64,000 nucleotides of DNA from positions 89,528,001-89,592,000 of the forward strand of contig NC_043002.1 of NCBI RefSeq assembly GCF_006345805.1, written 5' to 3'. Each line of letters opens with the position of its first letter. Position 1 is the stretch's first letter. This stretch comes from Octopus sinensis (taxonomy: Eukaryota). The notes under the pieces were generated by a model. That model did not search any database and was not told the DNA's origin. It saw nothing but the letters and a program-made list of their open reading frames with translations. Made by a program: the position numbers and the translations under genes. Shown here piece after piece: positions 52,334 to 64,000 of this stretch.

Positions 52334-53570
52334 GGTTGGTGCCTTTTTATGTACCACCGGCACAGAAGCCAGTCAAGGCGGCGCTGGCATCGGCCACGTT
52401 CGGATGGTGCTTTTTATGTGCCACCGGCACAGAAGCCAGTCGGGGCGGTGCTGATATCGGCCACATTCGGATGGTGCTTTATATGTGCCACCGGCACAGA
52501 AGCCATTCAAGGCGGGGTTGGCATCGGTCACGTTCGGATGGTGCTTTTTATGTGCCACCGGCACAGAAGCCATGGAGGCTGCACTGGCAACGGTCACGTT
52601 CAGATGGTGCTTTTTATGTGTCACCGGCACAGGTATCACAGCTACTGTTTCCATTGATATTTGGTTCGATGTTCATGTACATGCACTTGACTCAACAGGT
52701 CTCCTCAAGCACAGCGAGATGTTCCGGGATCCCACGATCGGTTGGTGCTTTTTATGTGCCGCCGACACAGAAACCAGTCGAGGTGGTGCTGGCGTCGGCC
52801 ACGTTCGGATGGTGCTTTTTATGTGTCACCGGCACAGAAGCCAGTCGGGGCGGTGCTGGCATCGGCCACGTTTGGATGGTGCTTTTTATGTGCCACTGGC
52901 ACAGAAGCCGTTCGGATGGTGCTTTCTATGTGCCACCGGTACAGAAGCCAGTGGAGGCTGCACTGGCAACGGCCACGTTCGGATGGTGCTTTTTATGTGT
53001 CACCGGCACAGGTATCACAACTACTGTTTCCATTGATATTTGGTTCGATGTTCATGTACATGCACTTGACTCAACAGGTCTCCTCAAGCACAGCGAAATG
53101 TTCCGGGATCCCACGATCGGTTGGTGCTTTTTATGTGTCACCGGCCCAGAAGCCAGTCGAGGCGGTGCTGGCGTTGGCCACGCTCGGATGGTGCTTTTTA
53201 TGTGCCACCGGCACAGAAGCCAGTGGAGGCTGCACTGGCAACGGCTGTTCGGATGGTGCTTTTTATGTGTCACCGGCATAGGTATCACAACTACTGTTTC
53301 CATTGATATTTGGTTCGATGTTCATGTGCCACCGGCACAGAAGCCATTCGAGGCGGGGTTGGCATCGGTCACGTTCGGATGGTGCTTTTTATGTGCCACC
53401 GGCACAGAAGCCAGTGGAGGCTGCACTGGCAACGGCCACGTTCGGATGGTGCTTTTTATGTGTCACCGGCACAGGTATCACAACTACTGTTTCCATTGAT
53501 ATTTGGTTCGATCAGTCGGGGCGGCGCTGGCAACGGCCACGTTCGGATGGTGCTTTTTATGTGTCATATA
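52334..53570. repeat. Array of about 16 units (~67-bp period, some ~140-bp variants) continuous with a family-D element
   Basis: Recurrent core ggatggtgctttttatgtgccaccggcacag(aagcc) followed by variable but mutually related segments. Confidence 0.9.
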
Positions 53571-54915
53571 TATATATATATATATAGTGGTTGGCGTTAG
53601 GAAGGAGTGGTTGGCGTTAGGAAGGGCATCCAGCTGTAGAAACATTGCCAGATAAGACTGGAGCCTGGTGCAGCCTTCTGGCTTCCCAGATCCCCGGTCG
53701 AACCGTCCAACCCATGCTAGCATGGAGAACGGACGTTAAACGATGATGATGATGATGATGATATATATATGTAAGAACTTACTGTGGATAAGGCTACATG
53801 GTGTTCAATTATAATTAAATAAAAAATACACATTAACTACAGGGCATCACCAATGAGTGAAAAATACATAAACACACAACAAGAGAGACAAGTACAGGAC
53901 AAAATACCAAAAGAAGTCTAACTCCTCCTCAGTTGTCAACTGTTTATTATTACCCGTTTCGTGCTTTTGACATCAGGATAGGAAAACTTCATAAGACAGC
54001 AGCATCCAGAAATTTAAAAAGTATAAAATTTGTGGAGAGTTAGGGCTTTGAATGAACAAAAAATAACAGAGTGGACATATAGAGTAAACAATCGATGAAA
54101 ACAAACATTAATGGCCATTAGGCCAAGACTAATTGTAATGGGTAAAGCCTGGGAGAAATTTTGAAAGGATTTAGAATAAATAGAAGAGAAGAAAATAGTA
54201 GAAGAGAAAAAAAGTGTTGAGAGGTGAGAGAAAAGGGGAAATAATATCCAGCTGGATGGATGCTGCAACCAAAAAAGACAGAGGTGAGAAAAAAGGCCTA
54301 TAATCATGTGATCAACCGGTAGAGTGGAAGGAGGACAAGAGAGAGGATGAGGAAAAGAAAGGGGGATGAGGGAAAGGAACAAAGGAAGTGAGGAGAAGGG
54401 AGAAGGGAGTGAAAGAAAGACAAAGTGGGTGGGGGAGAAAAGAGGTTTATAGAGTGATAGAGAGACTCTGGTCAAACAAATGGATCTTATTACCCTTTTT
54501 TCTATTTAAAGCCTGTTACTTATTCTAGTGGTCTCTTTTGCCAACTCACGAATTACAGGGACATAAACAAACCAACATCAGTCGTCACGTGGAGGGGTAA
54601 CAAACACAAACACATACACATACGTATGCACACACACATACAAACAGGATGGGCTTCCACACAGTTGCCATCTACCTAATTCACTCACAAGGTGCCATGC
54701 AGTAGGACTGAACCTGAGAATACATGATTGCAAGGCAAGCTCCCTAGCCCCACACCCATGCCTTTACCTACCTACCTACCTACCTACGTGTATGTATGTA
54801 TGTAGGTATGTATGTATACATATATGCATGTATGTATGAATGTACATATGTATGCATGAATGTATGTATGAACGTATGCATGTATTTATGAATGTATGCA
54901 TGAATGTATGTATAT

Positions 54916-55209
54916 ATCACCGTCATCACCGTCACCGACCAGACTATCAGATGTTGCTACACATCGCTGGTCACAATGCGCTTCACATTGTTTTAGCCTT
55001 CAATTGACGCCACCTCAACAGAAGAAAGAGTGAGAGAAAGTTGTGGTGAAAGAGTACAGCAGGGATCGCCACCTACCCCCTGCTGGAGCCTCGTGGAGCT
55101 TTAAGTGTTTTCACTCAATAAACACTCACTACGCCTGGTCTGGGAATCGAAACCGCAATCCTACGACTGCAAGTCCACTGCCCTAACCATTGGGCCATTG
55201 CGCCTCCAC
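54916..55209 (-). mobile_element. SINE with family-A head and a different 3' tail
   Basis: 55209-55020 matches the family-A head/body; it then continues ...gaggtggcgtcaattgaaggctaaaacaatgtgaagcgcattgtgaccagcg...ggtgat instead of the family-A tail. Confidence 0.7.
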
Positions 55210-55226
55210 ATGTATATATGCATGTA

Positions 55227-55339
<113 letters not shown>

Positions 55340-55977
55340 CATTATTCATTTGATTGTTTATTTTGCATTAGTTTTTCTATGCTAGCATAAGTTAGACAGT
55401 GACTTATTTGAGGTAGCGTTTTATGGTTGGATGCACTTCCTACTCCCAATCATTACCTGTTTTTCAAGTATAGGGCTCTTGTTCTTATTCCATTCTACTT
55501 CCAAAGCACAAAGTTTAGGATATATTGTCTACATCAGTGCTACTCAAAGTAGTGGTCTGCAGACTGTTGCTGGTCCATGAGCCCTGAGCTGCCAGTACAT
55601 GGCATGTTTCCAGAAAAGAAAAAAACATTATAAAATGCTTATGAAATGCTTATGTAATATTGTATTATTTGTTTACAAAATAAATATAAGATAAAATAAA
55701 TTGTCAACTTTTATTATGTTATTATTATTATTATTATTATAATTTATTATTTTATTTTATTTATTTTATATTTATTTTATTATATTTTATTATAATAGGC
55801 ATAGTAGTGGCTTACAAACCACATGGTTCTGGGTTCAGTTCCACTGTGTGGCACCTCGGGCAAGTGTCTTCTACTATAGCCTCTGGCTGACCAAAGCCTT
55901 GTAAGTGGATTTGGTAGACGGAAACTGAAAGAAGCTCGTCGTATATATGTATGTATGTATGTATGCATGTATGTAAG

Positions 55978-56018
<41 letters not shown>

Positions 56019-56464
56019 TGTATATGTGTGTGTATATGTTTGTGTCTGTGTTTTTCCCCCCAACATCACTTAACAACCGATGCTGGTGTGTTTACGTTCC
56101 CGTAACTTAGCGGTTCGGCAAAAGAAACCAATAGAATAAGTACTAGGCTTACAAAGAATAAGTCCTGGGGTCGATTTGCTTGACTAAAGGTGGTGCTCCA
56201 GCATGGCCGCAGTCAAATGACTGAAACAAGTAAAAGAGTAAAAGAGTATATTCATTATATATATTGTTTCTGGTATAAATTAATATTACTAAGAAATATT
56301 ATTGGTCCCTGGCACACTGGAGAAAAAAATCTGCTGGTACACCACGTCAGATAGTTTGGTCTACATCAAATTACTGATTTGCTCTGGCTGTCATAAGAAA
56401 AGATGTGAAATAACAAAATTCTTCCACCTATTCACAAGCATGCATACACACTCACATGCAAATT

Positions 56465-56540
<76 letters not shown>

Positions 56541-56754
56541 GACACACACATACACACATACACATAAACAACAGGTGAGGACTGGATATACTTAGTATAG
56601 AAAACATGCAGTATTGCTCAAAAGGATTTAAACTTAAACTCCGAATTCTTTGTCCCGGGCATGGCCTACACCATCAAGAAATCCAAATCAAGCTGATATA
56701 GAAGTAGTGATGGAGATAAATACAGTTAGACTTGATATTAATATATTTACATAT

Positions 56755-56800
<46 letters not shown>

Positions 56801-56943
56801 AAATGGATAAATGAATTATCTTGTTAAGGATTATTCAAAATTTAACCGATCCCGGGTAGCAAAAATCACAACAGAAAAGACACGGTTGAAGTTACGACCT
56901 TGGGGTGTCTCAACCGTGCCCTAGCGCGGATAATTGAAGTTCA

Positions 56944-57101
56944 ATATATTTAGTGAAGGGAAGAAATGGAGCTGAACGAAGATTCTACATAATTCCTTTT
57001 ATTATCTTCTAGATAATAAAAGGAATTATTATCTTCTAGATAATAAAAGGAATTATGTAGAATCTTCGTTCAGCTCCATTTCTTCCCTTCACTAAATATA
57101 T
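56944..57101. repeat. Perfect inverted repeat, 64-bp arms, 30-bp centre
   Basis: 56944-57007 is the exact reverse complement of 57038-57101; the centre repeats attatcttctagataataaaaggaatt in tandem. Confidence 0.9.
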
Positions 57102-58014
57102 ATATATATATATATATATGATTGATTTGTTTCAGTTCTTGTCTACGAAATCCATATATATATAGTACTGTTGGACTGGCCCCTGTGCCGGTGGCACATA
57201 AAAAGCATCCACTACACTCTTGGAGTGGTTGGCTTTAGGAAGGGCATCCAGCTGTAGAAACTCTGGCAGATCAAGATTGGAGCCTGGTGCAGCCATCTGG
57301 TTTGCTAGCTCTCAGTCAAAATCGTCCAACCCATGCTAGCATGGAAAGCGGACGTTAAACGATGATGATGATGATGATGATGATATATATATATATATAT
57401 ATATAATATGTATATGTGTATACAGGTATATTGATGTACATGTGTAGGTAGCTGTACAGGTATATATGTATATGTGTCTGCTTTATATAAATATATATAC
57501 ACATACCCATATGTGTGTATACATTTATGTATATAGATGTACAGGTATTTACATATAATTAATATAGTACACATATACTTACTACTCACAAATAATGACT
57601 ATAATAACAAACTTCTGTGTATATATACACACAAACAGTCAGACACATATGCACACAAGCACACACACACACATACACACACACACATGCATGCGTGCAC
57701 ATACATACAGACAGACAGACACACACACACACTCTCTCAATAGAAGCACATACGTGCAATCAGATACCAACCATTATTGAGATGTAAAATATCTAAACAG
57801 GTTTACAAAATACCAAACATTACAAAGTGCAAAAAATGCATCTTTTTTTTTTTTTTAAGCCATTTACATCCTGGGTCTTTGATCTTTGCCTATTCCATCT
57901 TTAATAGACTTTGATCATTTGATAAATCATAATTTTTTTTTCTGCAAGCTAATTGGTTCCGTGGTTAATGATTCTTCAGTTATGCAAACTCATTCTAATA
58001 TACATGCATGCATA

Positions 58015-58100
<86 letters not shown>

Positions 58101-58116
58101 GTGTGTGTGTGTGTGT

Positions 58117-58150
<34 letters not shown>

Positions 58151-58620
58151 TGCATGTGTGTAACTGTGTGTATGCATGTGTGTTTGAGTTTGCATGTGCG
58201 AATGTGCGTACCTGTGCATATGCGTGTTTGTGTGTGTGTGTGTGTTGTGTGTGTGTGTGTGCTTGCATGTGTGTAACTGTGTGTATGCATGTGTGTTTGA
58301 GTTTGCATGTGCGAATGTGCGTACCTGTGCATATGCGTGTTTGTGTGTGTGTGTGTGTGTTGTGTGTGTGTGTGTGCTTGCATGTGTGTAACTGTGTGTA
58401 TGCATGTGTGTTTGAGTTTGCATGTGTGAATGTGTGTACCTGTGCATATGCGTGTTTGTGTGTGTGTGTGTGTGTGTGTGTTGTGTGTGTGTGTGTGTGT
58501 GTTGTGTGTGTGTGTGCTTGCATGTGTATAACTGTGTGTATGCATGTGTGTTTGAGTTTGCATGTGCGAATGTGTGTACCTGTGAATATGCGTGTTTGTG
58601 TGTGTGTGTGTGTGTGTGCA
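58015..58620. repeat. (GT)n tract grading into a 4-unit minisatellite (about 115-140 bp per unit)
   Basis: Unit gcttgcatgtgtgtaactgtgtgtatgcatgtgtgtttgagtttgcatgtgcgaatgtgcgtacctgtgcatatgcgtgttt+(GT)n starts near 58147, 58261, 58375, 58516. Confidence 0.85.
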
Positions 58621-59169
58621 TGTACGTGTGTGAGTCTGTCTGTATTAATACACACACACATGCATGTACATATACATGTATCAATCTCCAAGTCATCAGT
58701 TTGTACTGATACATACATTCACACACACACACAAACACACATACACATACACACACACATACACTTGCACATACATTCATATGTATGCTCTCACTCTCTC
58801 TCTCTCACACACACACACATATATATATATACACATACATTCATGCATATATATCTGTGTATGTGTGTGTGTGTGTGCATTTGTATTTGTGTATGTGAGT
58901 TTGTGTAATTGAGTATGTGTGTGTGTACATAGCTGCCAATATTTCATTTTGGTTTTCCCTTCTTTTTGTCCAAACAATTCTTTAACTTACACACTGTTTG
59001 ACCCATTAAGAAGAATATGTTGGCTTATTAACACATTTACTTTGTGTTAGGTTTTTTTCTACGTGTATGTATCTCTCTCTCTCCCACCATCTTTCGATCA
59101 ATCTATCTGGTTATGTATTTACTAATCTGTCAGTCTATTTATCTGTATCTGTCCATCCATCGTCTGCCT

Positions 59170-59174
59170 GCCTT

Positions 59175-59210
<36 letters not shown>

Positions 59211-59215
59211 GCAAT

Positions 59216-59275
<60 letters not shown>

Positions 59276-59486
59276 ATCTATCTATCTATCTATGTATCTA
59301 GCAATCTATCTCTCTATCTAGCAATCTATCTATCTAGCAATCTATCTATCTATCTAGCAATCTATCTATCTATCTATCTAGTAATCTATCTATCTATCTA
59401 TCTATCTTTCTGTCAATCTGTCTCTCTGCCTGTCTCTCTGCCTATATGTCTGTTTGTTATCCATCCATCCATCCATCCATCCATCC

Positions 59487-59569
<83 letters not shown>

Positions 59570-59570
59570 C
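59170..59570. repeat. Compound (TATC)n/(CATC)n microsatellite
   Basis: Directly visible, with periodic tagcaatc interruptions. Confidence 0.9.
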
Positions 59571-60194
59571 TTCTCTCCCCCCCCTTTCTCTCTCAGTTTA
59601 TAATTAGCAGTCATATAGCTATTTATTCCTGTGCTTTTCAGTACATTGGCTAAACAAAATGTTTTTCTTTTCTCCATATTTCCAACCTGTACAGAATTAC
59701 GGCTAGGATGAAGGGGGTAGGAGCAGATTTAGCAGTTTATTATCATAAATCATTTTTCATCATTGGTACTTTAATGGCTGTGTTCCCCTCCCTCTTTACT
59801 TTCTGCTATATTGTCTGTAATATGAGTCAGTTTCTTGTTTAGCTGTATTTCATGTTTTAGTATTGTATGGTTTTACTAAGCTGCCTGAAGGAAGGTTCTG
59901 CTTTCTGTCCCATCTGAGGTTTGTATATTTTTATTTCCTTTGAAGGTTGTGATAATACTGATTTCTAAATTAGGCAAAAAGCCACGAATTTATGGGGAGG
60001 GGGGATACAGTAAATGAAATTGCTCCATATGATTGACTGGTATTTTATTTTATCAACTTTCAGATGAAAGGTAAGTTTGACCTTGGTGAGAGTTAAATGA
60101 TTTCTACCATTTCATTGTCTTAGAGATAGTAGTGGTAACAACAGCAGCAGCAACAACAACAACAACAACAACAACAAACAATAACAATAAATGC

Positions 60195-60740
60195 CCAGAT
60201 GCAGTACCAGACAGTGGCTCCCAAGGCTTCTGATCTTAACTGATTGGAAGTGTTATCATGTACATTGTTTTGTCTTGGTATAAAAGGTGGGCTACAGCAA
60301 ATATTCTGCCCAATACCACAGATTTGCTTGTCAGTTGTTTGACCTTAACCAGTTGAGCATGTCCCTTAGTGGCTGACGATATGTGAATCTCTGATCACAG
60401 CAGAAGTAGTGGGGGAGCATCATAGCCGTATGTTGAGAGGAATTCTTAGAGGTTTGGATAATTCACCTTTGGAAACATGGGTGGTTTGTTCAACATCCTT
60501 AAACAACCCTTATTCAGGGACCTTTTGAGCGGGATGGGCTACTCGACCAGAAGAAAATTCTAACTGGGCCCCACCTGCAAGGTCATGCACTGTTTATCTT
60601 GATATGAGAGTGCCATGTCACGCATATATGGTTGTGATACATGTGCCTGGTGTACCCTTATCAGACGGGTAGTCATGATGGGTATACTGGGCTTCGCATA
60701 TTTTACCCCAGTGTCACTTTGATGGCATGCACTGCTCTCT
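60195..60740 (+). repeat. Interspersed repeat of unknown class; partial copy at about 495-690
   Basis: Shared caataccacagatttgcttg...gagcatgtcccttagtggctgac...gtagtgggggagcatcatagcc. Confidence 0.65.
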
Positions 60741-60743
60741 CAC

Positions 60744-60779
<36 letters not shown>

Positions 60780-60798
<19 letters not shown>

Positions 60799-63070
60799 TA
60801 TAAATAATACCAGGCTTACCATCCCTACAAGAAGTGCAAAAAATTGTGGTAACTGGAGCGGCTCATGTACTGAGAAGAGCATTATCACAGTGAAAACAAC
60901 ATCCAATCATGAATTTATTTACCTGTGAATTTGCATGTGTAATCTGGGAATGCATACAATGAGCTTCTCTGCCCTAAGGTGTATGGAAAGCACTTGGCGA
61001 GAAATGGAAGAAAACTTGAAGAAAGAAGGAAATAATAATAATAATGATAATAATGATATAAATAATAATAATAATAATAATAATCATCATCATCATCATC
61101 ATCCTCATTTAACGTCCGCTTTCCATGCTAGCATGGGTTGGACGGTTCAACTGGAGTCTGGGGAGCCCGAAGGCTGCACCAGGCCAGTCAGATCTGGCAG
61201 TGTTTCTACAGCTGGATGCCCTTCCTAACGCCAACCACTCCGAGAGTGTAGTGGGTGATTTTATGTGCCACCGACACAGGTGCCAGACGAGGCTGGCGAA
61301 CGGCCACGCTCGGATGGTGTTTTTATGTGCCACCGACACAGGTGCCAGACGAGGCTGGCAGACGGCCACGCTCGGATGGTGTTTTTATGTGCCACCGACA
61401 CAAGTGCCAGATGAGGCTGGCGAACGGCCACGATCGGATGGTTTTGTTACGTGCCCACAGCATGGAGGCCAGTCGATGTGATACTGGCTACGGCCACGTT
61501 CGGATGGTTTTCTTGTGTGCCACCGGCACTGGTACCACAAAGATACAAATTCCATTGATGTTCATCTATTTTGATTTGGTTTGATTTTCACTTGCCTCAG
61601 CAGGTCTTCACAACTGTCACACACTTGCCTCAACAGGTCTTCACAAGTGTCACATACTTGCCTCAACAGGTCTTCACAAGTGTCATAAGAAGGAAGGTAT
61701 GCACAGGTGGACTGACTACGTCCCAGGTAGGGGCCACGGTTATGGCCTGACTAGTCTTGCCGGGTCTTTGGATGGTGTTTTTATGTGCCACCAACACAGG
61801 TGCCAGATGAGGCTGGCGAACGGCCACGATTGGATGGTGTTTGTTACGTGCCCACAGCACGGAGGCCAGTCGATGTGGTACTGGCTACCGCCACGTTCGG
61901 AAATAATAATAATAATAATATAATAATGATATAAATAATACCAGGCTTACCATCCCTACAAGAAGTGCAAAAAATTGTGGTAACTGGAGCGGCTCATGTA
62001 CTGAGAAGAGCATTATCACAGTGAAAACAACATCCAATCATGAATTTATTTACCTGTGAATTTGCATGTGTAATCTGGGAATGCATACAATGAGCTTCTC
62101 TGCCCTAAGGTGTATGGAAAGCACTTGGCGAGAAATGGAAGAAAACTTGAAGAAAGAAGGAAATAATAATAATAATGATAATAATGATATAAATAATAAT
62201 AATAATAATAATAATCATCATCATCATCATCATCCTCATTTAACGTCCGCTTTCCATGCTAGCATGGGTTGGACGGTTCAACTGGAGTCTGGGGAGCCCG
62301 AAGGCTGCACCAGGCCAGTCAGATCTGGCAGTGTTTCTACAGCTGGATGCCCTTCCTAACGCCAACCACTCCGAGAGTGTAGTGGGTGATTTTATGTGCC
62401 ACCGACACAGGTGCCAGACGAGGCTGGCGAACGGCCACGCTCGGATGGTGTTTTTTATGTGCCACCGACACAGGTGCCAGACGAGGCTGGCAGACGGCCA
62501 CGCTCGGATGGTGTTTTTATGTGCCACCGACACAAGTGCCAGATGAGGCTGGCGAACGGCCACGATCGGATGGTGTTTGTTACGTGCCCACAGCATGGAG
62601 GCCAGTCGATGTGATACTGGCTACGGCCACGTTCGGATGGTTTTCTTGTGTGCCACCGGCACTGGTACCACAAAGATACAAATTCCATTGATGTTCATCT
62701 ATTTTGATTTGGTTTGATTTTCACTTGCCTCAGCAGGTCTTCACAACTGTCACACACTTGCCTCAACAGGTCTTCACAAGTGTCACATACTTGCCTCAAC
62801 AGGTCTTCACAAGTGTCACATACTTGCCTCAACAGGTCTTCACAAGTGTCATAAGAAGGAAGGTATGCACAGGTGGACTGACTACGTCCCAGGTAGGGGC
62901 CACGGGTTATGGCCTGACTAGTCTTGCCGGGTCTTTGGATGGTGTTTTTATGTGCCACCAACACAGGTGCCAGATGAGGCTGGCGAACGGCCACGATTGG
63001 ATGGTGTTTGTTACGTGCCCACAGCACGGAGGCCAGTCGATGTGGTACTGGCTACCGCCACGTTCGGAAA
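60780..63070. repeat. Near-identical head-to-tail duplication of about 1.13-1.17 kb
   Basis: caggcttacc at 60811 and 61942 (offset 1131); end cgttcggaaa at 61894 and 63061 (offset 1167); copy 2 has one extra 33-bp unit and a few 1-bp indels. Confidence 0.9.
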
Positions 63071-64000
63071 TAATAATAATAAGAAGAAGAAGAATAGTAA
63101 TTTCTACTAAAAGCACAAGGCCTGAAATTTGTGGGGAGGGGACTAATCAATTACATTGACCCCAGAGTTCACTGGTACTTAATTTATTGACCCTGAAAGG
63201 ATGAAAGGCAAATTTGACCTCGGCAGAATTTGAAATCAGAATGTAGTGATGGGCAAATATACTGCTAAGCATTTTGCTCGGAGTGCTAATGATTCTGTCA
63301 GCTCACCGCCTTAACAGCATCATCAACAACAACAATCATCATCATCATCATCATCGTTTAACGTCCGTTCTCCATGCTAGCATGGGTTGGACGGTTCGAC
63401 CGGGGATCTGGGAAGCCAGAAGGCTGCACCAGGCTCCAGTCTTATCTGGCAATGTTTCTACAGCTGGATGCCCTTCCTAAAGCCAACCACTCCGTGAGTG
63501 TAGTGGGTGCTTTTTACGTGCCACCCGCACAGGTGCCAGGCGAGGCATAATGGTTTCAAATTTTGGCACTAGACCAGTAAATTTGGGCGAGGGAATAAGT
63601 TGATTACACTGACCCTAGTGTCCAACTGGTACTTATTGATGAAAGCAAAATTGATCTTGGCAGAGTTTGAACCCAGAATGTAAAGATGGATGAAATGTTG
63701 CTTAGTATTTTGCTGAGTGTGTTAACAATTCTGCTGGCTCATCACTTTACATGCCAACTCACAGCCTTATTAGTAGTGGTAATAATAATGATAGTAATAA
63801 TTATAATTCTTTCTACTAAAAGTGCAGGGCCTGAAGTTTTTTGGGAGGGGACTAGTTGATTACATTGAACCCAGTGTTTCACTGGCACTTAATTTAGTGA
63901 CCCCCCTAAAGGATGAAAAGCAAAGTTGATCTCAGCAGAATTTGAACTTAGAACATAAAAAAGGATGAGATGCCACTAAGCTTTTTGCCTGACATGCTAA

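Noticed and set aside
52334-53570. CRISPR array
   Set aside because: Eukaryotic context, no cas genes, and the spacers are homologous to each other and to a dispersed retroposon.
52159-53600. 446-aa and overlapping ORFs as proteins
   Set aside because: Open frames on several phases of a GC-rich tandem repeat; no domain signature.
53920-53985. Hammerhead-like bits on the minus strand (ctgaggaggag; cctgatgtcaaaagcacgaaac)
   Set aside because: Each lacks essential core nucleotides or stems; at most a decayed relic.
57886-58908. Long CV/HT-rich ORFs (also near 20.9, 29.7, 30.3, 35.3, 42.0 and 55.1 kb)
   Set aside because: Translations of (GT)n, (ATGT)n and (TA)n microsatellites.

Overview
Eukaryotic, AT-rich, repeat-dense DNA with abundant microsatellites and tRNA-derived SINEs; the repeat style suggests an octopod cephalopod (inference, not proven). 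Two genes can be rebuilt by hand with GT-AG introns and consistent phases. (1) A 4-coding-exon, 193-aa DFFA/ICAD-like gene on + (1070-15040). (2) A 2-exon, 413-aa Harbinger-transposase-derived (HARBI1/ALP1-like) gene on - (8727-12664), nested in DFFA intron 2, with an intact ORF but all three predicted DDE catalytic residues replaced (D>A, D>A, E>Q). Two minimal type-I hammerhead ribozyme motifs are visible: one on the DFFA sense strand about 130 nt before exon 3, and one inside a 353-bp terminally redundant, retrozyme-like unit with an inverted arm (51.6-52.1 kb). The rest is mobile DNA: an RTE LINE inside one copy of a local duplication whose paralog keeps the empty site, mariner/Tc1 remnants, non-autonomous Helitrons, MITEs, R2-like and Penelope-like fragments, SINEs, an expandable ~67-bp repeat array, a perfect 64-bp-arm palindrome and a ~1.1-kb tandem duplication. 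Most ORFs in the supplied track are microsatellite or repeat artefacts. Everything was read by eye; no database searches or folding were run, and repeat boundaries are approximate unless TSD/TIR coordinates are given.
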